Shown piece by piece: positions 37,201 through 49,200 of a DNA stretch of 64,000 bases. Source of the DNA: Amphiscolops sp. MND2022 (taxonomy: Eukaryota); assembly GCA_964187785.1 (NCBI GenBank), contig OZ076412.1, forward strand, positions 55,614,001 to 55,678,000. The letters are read 5' to 3'. The position numbers were made by a program, and so were the translations under genes. Below the pieces are notes generated by a model. It worked only from the letters and a program-made list of their open reading frames with translations. It was not told where the DNA came from and ran no database searches. Numbering within the stretch: position 1 is the first letter of the stretch; the number at the start of each line of letters is the position of its first letter.

Positions 37201-40200
37201 AACTGGGGACGAGGCCACTACCAACCCAGTTTCCAGAATACATACGGACGATCGAACTACCAGATGGGACGCGGCGTCCAATATTCAGGACACAGAGGCA
37301 AACAACCTCGAGGAGGCTTCAATGGTAACAATCAACGCTTCTGGTGTCGCATCTGCGGCAAAGGGGGACATACAGCCTAGTTCTGCTACTATCGAGAACA
37401 ACCACAGAGGGATCAGTAACTCCCATTTGACCGCCAACCAATAAACTGAATGCGCCACCTTAACAATGTAAGTCAAATTCACTACCCAGCTCCAACAGTG
37501 AAAAACTATTCTACGTACCCCTAACTCTTGGAAAATCATCTCAACGCTTTTTGGTAGACACAGGTGCCTTCTCATCTGCTAATACTTCTAAGGTTCTTGA
37601 TACCATCAAAAAAGCTTCACCAAATTCAGTACGAAACGAAGAACTTCCTAGCACCCCTGTTGTAAAAGTGGCTAATGGACATTCAGTAAAAACGCTAGGT
37701 GCAATTGAAATTGATTTTTTACTTGGCAACCAGAATTTTAAAGAAAACTTCCTGCTTTTGCCCTATGTGAATACGCCAATAACGCTTACCTTTTTTCACA
37801 CAAAATAATATCACCATAAATCCCAAGGTATGTGAACTCTCGGTGAAAGATTTTACTTTCCAGTTGAACGAAATAACAGGCAATAATGGTCGAATACGCA
37901 GGATTTTTCGGAAAATTAAATTTGCCCTGCGAACAACTCACAAAATTAACATTAAACCCAGTTCAGAAGAAGTACACAAAGGTGCACTCAACAAATCCTT
38001 AGAATCTGAAAGCGTCGGGATTGTTGAACCCAATACTGGATTTGAAAAACGAACAGGGTTGTGCATTACGAGTTCACTTTCTAGACTACATAGTTCAACC
38101 ACAAGTCTAGATATTTTGAACTGTACACCGAATCATATAACTATACCCAAAAACACAATTGTAGCCCGCTTCAAAATATTGACACCCAAACAAGCCAAAT
38201 ATCTTTACCAAATCGCCCCTGCCCTTATTGCCTCTGACCCTTCTAAATCTATAAATGAGCTTGTAACCACTGAACCTACAACCGACCACATTCGTTGTGA
38301 CGATTTTTGGTTTCCCACCCCGGAAAATTGTCATGACCCGTCCAAGCTCACCCCCAGGCACGTAAAATCTATGACCGCTTATGTTCACTCAAGGAGGCGG
38401 AAAAAATGAATCCCCTGAAGGATGATACCAGCCGCAACAACTTTTTATCCAATTTTAAATGGTCAAAGTCAGTTCTGTCTAACGAATACCGCCAAACAAT
38501 CGAAGAAGTTTTATTAGAATACAATGACATTTTTGCTAGACACGAATTTGATATAGGAGGAAACGATACTTTCACAGTAAAATTGACTCCTGAACACCAT
38601 AATCCGATATATACACAGTCATCCTACGCCAAATCACCTACGAGAAGAAATTTTATCCAATCTTGCAGTAATGCACTATTATGGGTTGATCACTACTTTG
38701 CTTTATTCGAAGTATTCTAGTCCTCTTCGCGCATCGAAAACCTTCAGGTAAACTACGTTTACTTGTCGACTTACGGAAAATCAATCACCTAATCAGACAT
38801 GATTATGATAGGCACATTTTCCCAATAAGTACTCTTGCTGACGCAGGATCTCATCTGGCTGGAAAAAAATTGTTTGCAAAGCTAGATTGCAGCCATGTGT
38901 ATCAAGCACTCAAAATGTCTGACCCTCTGTCTGTACAACAATTGTCTTTCAACTTTGCGTCCCGCACCTTCACGTACCTGCGTATGGCTCAAGGTTTAGG
39001 TAGGTCAATGAGCGCCTTTAGCTCTTTAATGTGAAAGTATTTTGTTTCGTGTATTGCAAACGACCAATGCTTTCAGTATGTCGACGATCTAGGTACCGGT
39101 GCCAAAACTTGACGAACTTAACACTAATTTGCGCAGCATCTTTGATTGCTTTCGAGCATCAGCGTTGAAGCTCACGATGCATAAATGCGAATTCGGACTC
39201 TCAAATTTCGTTTCTAGGGAGCACAATTACTTCGAATGGAACTTCACCGAGCAAAGAAAAAGACAATTTTTTAGCACATCTAAAGCCACCAAAAACTACG
39301 AAATAAATCAAAAGATTGATCTGATTTTTTTCAATTTTTTCGCGCTTACCTTCCAAACCTCAGTGACAACCTTATACTGTTTTACAATCTCGTGCGATCC
39401 AACTCGCCAATAGTTCTCACCGCCGAACATCAAGAATCTTTCAAAAAGCTCTGCAAAAGCTTGACCAATGCTTGTGCGATGTCTTTACGATTACCTAAAC
39501 CGGATTTGTAATACGTTGTTCTCACAGATGCAAGCTATCACTCGGCAGGTTACGTATTGATGGTAGAAGACTATGTCTCAAATTCGGACAACTCACAAAC
39601 TAAATGATATGCTCCAGTCTCATTCGGCTCCAAAATTTTTAATCCAACACAACTGAAACTCTCAATCTATGCAAAGGAATTCCTCGCAGTTCATTTTGCT
39701 TTCGATGCTTTCGCCCACATTCTCTGGGAAGCAACTAAGCCTATTTCAGTACTCACTGACAACAGAAGTCTAACAAGATTCTTCCAAGCTATAACAATAC
39801 CTACACCATTATGGAAAGCTGTTGATCATGTTTTAAATTTCCGGTTTCTCCTTGGCCATGTACCTGGGAAAGCAAATATAGCCGCGGACTACCTTTCCAG
39901 AGTGAATATTGATCCTGAACAGAAACTAGTTTCAAAAATCTCGACATCCATGCCTTGCCGACAAGTAGAATATGGCTCCCACAATGCCCGACAATAGTCT
40001 AACTGCCTTGCAAAACTACGATGACGAGGACGACTATGACGAACAAGAAGTGGTCTTGGAATACTTCAAGGATTGTACACCGACAATCTCAGCGCTTCAG
40101 AAAGCCAATCCACTAGACACTTATGACCTACTCGGCAAGTGACCTTCAGAAAGCCAATCCACTAGACACTCATGACCTACAATCAGCACTTTTGAATATG

Positions 40201-43200
40201 CGCACAGAACAAAAACGAGAACCTGATTTGAGCGAGGTCCTTCGATGGTTTGAAACACAGCAACTACCAGACCTGAAATATTCCAGCACAGAACTACAGA
40301 AATACGCGAAACAATTTCCAAGATTGGTGCTACGCGATGGTATTTTTTTATGCACATTTTATGGACTCTACTGCAAATTTTATGGTCATACATGTAACGT
40401 TCTACATCACCAATTGGTAGTACCAAAACAACTACGTACAAAACTACTGTATAGAATCCACAACAGCAAATTCGGTGGCCATTTGGGAAAACAAGCAACC
40501 ATTTCTGAATTCAGAAAACTTTTATTTTCCTTACTTTTCCAAAATTTTACTTGAGTATATTCGGAATTGTTCTTCATGCTTGCAACTCAAACCAGCCAAG
40601 AAAAACTCAATCACTCCTCCAGTGCAGCCCCTAGCCTCCGAACATTGCTTTCCCGGAGAACTGCTACAAATAGACATAGTTGGGGAAATGCATCCTCCAG
40701 GAGGATATACTCACATTCTTACAGCTATTGATGTTTTTAGCCGATACTTATTTGCAATGCGCAAGCAGAACAAGTTGCGCAAGCTCTTTTCAAGCTTTTC
40801 ATGCATCATAGCTACCTTCCATCGAAAATACTGTGCGATCTTGGAACGGTCTTCACATCAGCTATGATGCGACAACTGTGCTTTGATAGAAATACAACTT
40901 CAGTATGCCACAGTGAAACATCCACAAACTATTAGAGTTCTAGAACGAAGTCACTGATCTCTCAAAAGAATTTTGAGCCTTAACGAAGATTCAGAATTCA
41001 AAGATTGGTATAATAATGTGGACATTGCAACTTTTGTCCACAATACGAGTAATCACACTTTCATCGGTTGTTCTCCAACCCTTCTTTTCCACGGGCGACA
41101 ACCCCTGAACCCCATTGACCTTCGATTCAATAATACCCACGTGGAAAAACCAACTCCAACCTTGGACTTCATCATTTATACACACTATAAAATGGAGACA
41201 ATATTCGTAAATGCTCACGAGAAAAACTTGCAAGCTTACCACAAGTATCGAGAAGTCTTCGACCGAAAAGCCAGAGCTCTCCCTCTAAAGCTGCACAGCT
41301 ATTGTCTACTGTTGAATCCAAAATTAATCTCACAAAATGATTCACTAACGAAATCAAATACTAAATGGCTTCCATTATACCGAGTCGAAAGTGATCACAC
41401 ATGGAAACTATATTATTCGCAAAGTAAATACCAATAACACACAATGTGTTCATAGGGTCAGCATCATTGGCTGAACCTGCTCTCTTTGACAAAGCTCTAA
41501 CCGACTTGGTAGATGATTCACCCCCGATCATAGGTGTTCCAAGCACCAATGATGCTATAATATCATTCGGATTACGAACGGCTAGAACAACAACTGCACA
41601 TCCAGTGGCTCCCCAGGCCATCCCTCTGCCTCAACCTCCAGGAAAAACGCCAACACTAGAAACACAAAATACCGAAACACAATTTCCACCGAATGATAAA
41701 CAACGAACTGGTGCTCACTTGGATTCAAGAGGTTTCCCCATATCACAAGATGAAACTTTCTACGTAGAAAGGACTTTACCTCAATCTGGAACGCAACCAA
41801 CTCAGTCTTCACAAACAATTGACACCAGAGATTACCTCACGGAAGAACGACAAGCATCATCGCAAAACAATTTCTTCAGTCAATGCCGCAGCGTATCACA
41901 ATCACACTCTCCCAGCACAACTGATGCGAGAAAAAAGAAAGCTCTTTTACAGCCCACACAAGACGCCCGTCTAGGGACCAATAGGGCCTATGAATTACGC
42001 AGGCAAATAAACCTCACACGATTCTACCAATCTCAACCCCAATCCCAACGCCAGCGCGATAATAATTCACGTTAACTTTCTAACATTTACTTTCATACGT
42101 ATACAATTTCATAGCTCTTTCAAATGAAAATATTTAGTTTCCAAAATTTCATGCTCAGATCATACTCTTTTCGGTCAATGCTTTCGACAGGTCACATCCT
42201 GTACCTCCCAACCAATATCCGCTCTAAAACTCTTCATCAACAAACTGACTATTGTCAAATATTGACTGAACTCACCATATCCTGTTCACCTTTCGGAACA
42301 ACCCTTGCCTCTTGAACAATCCATTCTTGACTCTTAAATTCAACGTCAATCATTATTCGAGCACATCACATCCTGTTCACCTTTGAATATATTGATTTGA
42401 CCGCTAAAGACAATCACACCACTCATCAGCGCCTCGAAAACCAAATTCGACATCCACTCCGAACATTCACTTTGCCTAATTGAGCTGGTCTCTTTCTCTC
42501 TCATTGAACACATAAACAAGCCCGTCGACAGCCCAATTGTTTCAACTTGTTTTACCAGGTTTGCAACTTTTAATTGCTCTTTTTCATTCCAGCAATTGCG
42601 AGTCTACCAATACTTCCACACATAATGAGATTATTTTCAACTACCATAGTAAAATCCTTCTTGCTAAATCGTTCGAATCAGTTCAACTTGTCTTACCCTA
42701 TCCTCAATTTGATGCAACTTTTGAGGAATATATTCAAAGCATCGCTAACAAAATAGATCAACTATGGAATCACCCGAACTATGGATGTGAACTCAACTAC
42801 AACAATATAACATCACTCAATTTCACAGCTAATTGGATACATCACGAAGTGGTGGCTGAACCTAGCCGTGTCTTATCTGACCTACACCGCTTCAAGTCAG
42901 AAGTTACACATCTCTTTCCGGATACGCTACCGCCAGTACATCGGAATAAAAGAGCAATCCCTCTCGTACTGGCTGCAGGAGCTGCCACTGGCATCTTTGG
43001 TTTAGGTTTTGGACTCAAGGATAAAATCTCCTGCACACTAGGGCGCATCTTTGACGGATGCAACAAAATTGCACAAGAAAACAGACACGCGATAGTGGAA
43101 ACGATCAATCATGTGAACTTTGTAAAATCAGCTTGGGTGGAAGTCCAGAACGCAACGAACGAGAAGCTTTTCATCGGAACTGAACTACGTGACCTCCGAG

Positions 43201-46200
43201 AAACCCAAATAAAATCATAAAAATACAACGCACCAACGCTGCCACTCTTCAATCACAGTTTTCCCTCCTCGAAGAAAGTATCAATTATATGCGAAACTGA
43301 CCAATTTCTATACATAAGAGAAGAAGCTAATCGCCATTTGAATTTTTTGAATTCGGTGCTTTCAGTAATATATAACTTGCGAAGCTATCGCACTAATCTC
43401 TACTCTTTTCGGATGGCAATCTTAGGATCCTCGGCAGCAATTAAAGAAGGCTTTCTACCTTTGTCATTGGTCCCGCGCGACGTGTTAAGTGATATTTTGC
43501 TGCAAGTTCTGCTGCAAACACATTCGAAAATCGGACGAAACCTTTTATCTATTCCGATTGAAAACGTGATGTCATATTATGAAACAGAACTAGTATCTAA
43601 AGTCATTTCAACAGATTTCGGACTACTTTTCACCTTATGTATTCCTTTTTCATCAGAATCAACCGCACAGACGTATGCCACGCTATTCCATTACCCATGC
43701 CACCAGACGAATCATTGACAGCTACAGTATGGGACCTAGGAACGGAATACCTTGCTGTCACCCAAACCGGTCATGAGGCTGCCCTCTTGACACTGTTCGA
43801 CTTGGGACAATGCATAGGCGCCCTGAGCTACTCAATTTGTTTTTCATCTTTCCCCATGGAACGTTCCATGGATTCTTGTTTAGCTACTCTCTTTTATAAG
43901 GATACTCTTGCAGCGCTAGAAGTATGTCAAATCCAAACAATCACTTTACCTGTGAAAGAAAAGGCACAATACCTTGTCGTTGGAAGATGGCTCATCTTGA
44001 GCCCCACCTCTGATTTCATCTTTACAGAATCTTATTCTTACCTCCAACACGCCGCCCTTTCTGTCAAATACCGCCCCGGATGCAAAGTCTATATCATCAT
44101 AATGAAGTGTGGTTTCGAGTTGCAAGGTCCCAACGTCCACCTACGATCAGATTGGTCATCATGTGCAGGCATGGAACCGGTCCAGTTGGATATACGCTTG
44201 CCTGACCCCGTTGCCTTTCTCTTTAACAAACTGCCACCTCTGGATGACCTCACACAGATACAGGACATCGACACGGCACGAGTCAAACTGATCACTGACG
44301 TACAAACAAAACTGATACAGGTACCAGAACTTAAACGGCGACATCTCGATACTTTGGCTCAGATTGCCGAACCCATTATTTCTAAAATGCCGACCTTACC
44401 GCCAACTTTGGAAGCAAAATTCAGTTACACTGTTAGTTGGACACCATATCTATGCTTCGGAACAGCCATTTTCGTTTTGTCAACAACAATACATTGTCTG
44501 ATGTCATATTCACTACACCGAATACTAAAATTCCATCGAAGATTTCCATTTCGGATGACTCTAAACAAGCGTTCTATCAAAGCTATACCAGTAACTCTGG
44601 TCGAAGATGAAGACTCTGAATACTTGAGAACACACCCCGACCACCTCATTTTCAAAAAAAGTTTCCTTCTGACTCGAGAGTTCATCACGGCCAAAATAGA
44701 TACTTTACCCCCTACTTTTTCTCTCAATACACACAACTCTTCATTGTACCCCCGCTTAAACAAGGAGTCGCCTATTTAACTGCTACCAAAATACAAAAAA
44801 AACGAACAAACTAGAAACTAAACTCTTTCTTTCTGACACCAATATAACAAAGGGTGTACTATTCGAATATAACTAACCAAACAAATAATACCTCTACATA
44901 ATCATAACACTGGTAAATATACTCAACTGAAACAGCTGTATAATCCAAAAGAAAAAAAACAGTAAGTTCAGCTCACATGCTCCACTCATTCTAAACTTGC
45001 CACGAGTGGGAATCGAGAATAACTTGGGCCTCTTATAGCCCAACCACAAATAGGCGACGACGAGAAGCACAAGCCAAGCATACAAACGGGGTGCTGATGA
45101 CACATTACCCTCACACTTGAAGGAGCCAACAGCTACTTTCACATCATCCTCCATCAGAACCGGCTTGCCGCCACAACACGCCCACGATAGGATGATACCA
45201 CCAAATGACTCCTCCCTCTGGACGACACATGGACCTGCGATGACACAAACACAAATCATCAGCATCACAACAGGTTTCAATACACAATTTCTCATCATGC
45301 TCATTTCAAGACAACTGAAAATGTTCAAAATGTTTACTCGATTCCTAAATATTTCCTAACTTGGCCAGTTAGAGAAATCTTTACTTCACCATCTTCGAGT
45401 CACGGAGCTCAGCAACATCCCAAAAAAATGTATCATCAAATACTTTATTGACTCATAAATCAAAAACAAAATATGAAAACATTAATTGCATCAAAATAGC
45501 TCATCATATCAATTCAATGTCCAAAACTAATTTCAAATTGATATTGTTCTTCATCGAATATGCCTGCCTCCACCTTAACTGATATCATCCATCATCCTAG
45601 TGGAAAACAAACAATCGCCCTCTAAAAAAAAAACAAAAAAACAACTATGTCGAGAAAAGATACTACTTGACGGGGGCTAACTCCAATCAATGTTCTTTCA
45701 GGCTCTCCAAAAAAATAAAAACCTCATCGAAAGAGAAATGTCTTATTGTCTCTTCACAAAAAAAAATATTTTTTCACTCCATTGGACCGTCTTATAATCT
45801 AATATTTGCGTACAATGCCTTGAATTTCTAACCACTTAATGGGGCTCTTACATAGCTCAGTAACAATTCCACAGCTTTTGCAGTGTTTTAACACCCTCTT
45901 CCCGACTGTGCAGTCATTAAATTCAGTTTTGGAACCTATTTTCTAACCTTGTGCCTGTCAGTTTTGGGGCATTGTTCAATCTACTGTACAAAAGCCCGCA
46001 ACAACAATCAACTGTATTACGATCATTCATACCCCTCCAACTTCGCACATTGTCATTAATTGCTTTAACACTACCTTCAGACACAAGGTGAACATAGAAA
46101 TCATTATACGCGCTACGACACCACCACCACAATTCGCTCCTAAGATGCAGTTTAAATTTTGTGTACAAAAGCCCTGATGAAATACATTCTTTATGACCCC

Positions 46201-49200
46201 ACCTTCCTTGAACCCCGACCAAAATGCTTAATGCATTGTGCTACTATCCACTTCTGAGAACCCTAAACTTCCATCGCTTTTTATATTTAACTACCTTCCA
46301 ATTCATTTCAGAGCTATAAGTAACATATTTTATTCAAGTTGTCATCTGTTCTATTATGATATTTCGGAACATTTATATTACAAAATAATGATGGTACTCA
46401 CTCAATTGGTTTTATTGCGACGCTGCAGCCTCCCAAACGACTTCTTCCTCTTCTTCCTGCCTACTCGTCCATCACTCCCTTCTCTCCTCCCAGATGGCAC
46501 CATCCACTCCGTTGTTCGGCATAGGTTGGCAGGCTGAGACGGCGGTATCAATCTTCGAAGTCAATAACGCTGCCCCTTTAGTTGGCTCATTCATCTCCTT
46601 ATCCACTTCAGGTATTCCTGACACTGTCAACACCAGATGTCCCACGTTCTTTTGAAACACTACAGTATCCCCTGGCCTTTGCACCACAAGACGAAATCCA
46701 GTCACGTCATTACGCTAAAAAGGACACATCTACATAAAAAGAAGACCCACACCATAATCAATACCCAAATCTTTCACTCACCTCAAATTAATCACTGAGC
46801 TCCTTCATCGTCCATCTTCTTCTGATGAAGAAACGGGTCGCTGTTGCACTACCAGTTAAGAAGGCCCAGAGTTTTACTCCACGTATCAAAGTTGCCATGA
46901 CTGGCTTCTCCGGATACCCGTCCTCATGGGGACCTCGGAAGCTGGGCCCCTCGGCTAACAAAATGAGCAGATCATCTAGTTGCCCTGTGGTGAACCCCCG
47001 TGTCCAAAAATGCTTTTGAGAGTTTGAGAGCCTGCCATGCTCCCTGACATAAACCCCCTCCCAGATTCGTCCACCAAACTCAGACCAGACTTTGTGATTC
47101 TCCGGTTCACATCCAAAGCGATCGCCCATCTCATCGAGCCTCCTGGCAGCCTATCTCAGCCTCTAAAACATGCCACGCACACTATTTGTTTTATATTACA
47201 CAAGTCAAAATATTACCACCAAATATAAATGACTACATGGAGTTCTTCCTCTTTGTAGCCGGCAAGCGGTTCTCACCTCACATGCCATCTCAACAGCCTC
47301 CTCGGGAATCCTCTCTGCAACCACGTCAATCCGAGACACCATCACCTCCCACAACTTCTTGGCATCATCATTAGCAGAACTCATTATATCTGAAAAGGTT
47401 ACACGATGACAACATGCACATGCAACAACGACCAACATCATACAGCTACAATCGACAATTTTTTCCCATAATAGCGGGTAGTTTCATGTACCGTACGGTC
47501 ATGAACTTCGATTCATAGCCTCAGAAGAACAAATGATGAATCATGCGCTAAGCAGGAGGGACGAGAACAAAAGATTCTACAAACTAAATATCATTTCATT
47601 GACCTTTTAATCACATAATTACATTTAAATGATGCTAATTGTAAACTAAATAGAAACTACGGACACAACCACACCGGGGCTACTACAAGCAAGTCGGTTC
47701 TAACCTATTCAATTGAGTTACCATCAAATTGGTTTTCGATGAAATTTCTAAGTCAGGAACCCAGATTCGCAACACACATTTTTCATCTCGTACAAAAGCC
47801 TGAACAATTGAAATGGATTCAAAACCCAGGACTTGGACGTACTGCTTGTACACTCTTTCGGGCTGGTTTTAAGACCAATCTAACAACTATATGACAGTCC
47901 CTTTTTCCAGATTTTTCGGTACAATGAGACTGTAAAATTTTCTCATTTTGTTTTTTCTCGAAAATTTTTCGAAATTCTCCAAACGGTCCCCCTTCAATTT
48001 TTTGAAATTTTGCAACAGAATGGATGTTTAAAAATCTCTAAGAGCCTCCTTTTACAGTTTTCGGCATTGTGAGATTTTTCAAAAGGAAATATTTTTGTCT
48101 TAAAATTAGGTTTCTCAGGGCCCAGCACTCTATATCCGATTTTCGTTTTTTAAAGACCGGTGTTTTTTCTATGCGACTGTTTTAAATTTGTTTTCATTGA
48201 AGCCCCCCTCAATTTTAGAAGAAACGAAACGTTTTGCGAGCGTAAAGGACTCCTCAAGGTTTTCGGCACTACGCGACTTACCTGAGACCATCGAAAAATA
48301 TTTCGAAATTTTTTTCTTCTCAAATTTCTGTTTTTTTTAAACGTTTTCCGTTGAGAAAGATGGATTTTTTGCTGTTTCCAGTTGGGGAAGAATGTTTTTT
48401 GAGACTTGTGTGTATCCCTTCAGGTATTTTTTGGCGTTGTAAAATTGATCAATTGTTAACATTATTGTCCTTTTACCCTTGGTTGTCCGTATGATGCTGC
48501 TTATTTAGTTTTCTTTTGAAAAGTTCGCAACTTTCTCTGCAACTGTTTGCGAAGCACGGCTCGATTCATCCAAAAGCACGGTGTTTAAAGGTTCGATTCA
48601 TGAATCACATGACTACATACTTTTCTCTTCTCAACAGGATGATTTTGGAAATCAGCGTACTGTAGTACAACCCTTCTCCATGGACGGAAGTGCTCCGTCT
48701 TTGCCACCGGTGGCGTCTTTCATCATTGCCTCAAATCTCACAAAAGGCGCCAAGGTTCTCTTCTGGACAGCCCATGCTTGTTTCATCACTTGTCTGCTGC
48801 TCCTCAGGTTCCGATTGGCCCTTATGAGAAGTAAGTTATTTAGCATAGTAAAATTGTGAGTGGGTGATTACAAAACATTCTCACTTTCTCTTTTAAGGAA
48901 TGAACGTCTTTCGGGTGCCTTTTCTGGGGTATCTTCTGGAGAATTTGACGCTTTACACAAGCTTTGACCAGTTGTTCAAACCTCTTGTTTTCTGGCAACT
49001 CTGGGCTGCTTATGGTAATTATTATTTTTAATGGAATCAATTTTTGTTGAATTAAATAGACTATTGAAGTTTCTATTTAACCCTGAATAGCATGTTCGAT
49101 TTTGCGAATTTTCCAAAATTTTGGAATTTTTTTCAACCGTTAATATCCCCCATATCTCCCAACTACTCATACGGAGAAATGAATTATAGCGCGTTTGAAA

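Larger units (their letters stand above)
35940..47896 (+). mobile_element. Full-length (12 kb) env-bearing Ty3/Gypsy LTR retrotransposon, pseudogenised, inside TMEM62 intron 7
   Basis: Two LTRs of about 410 bp, PBS TGGTGAC at 36350, purine-rich tract before the 3' LTR, GTCC target duplication (35936-35939 and 47897-47900), PR-RT-RH-IN order, env-like ORF. Confidence 0.95.

Noticed and set aside
41446-42075. 209-aa Pro/Gln/Thr-rich ORF after integrase as a separate accessory gene
   Set aside because: Most simply the frameshifted low-complexity C-terminal tail of integrase.
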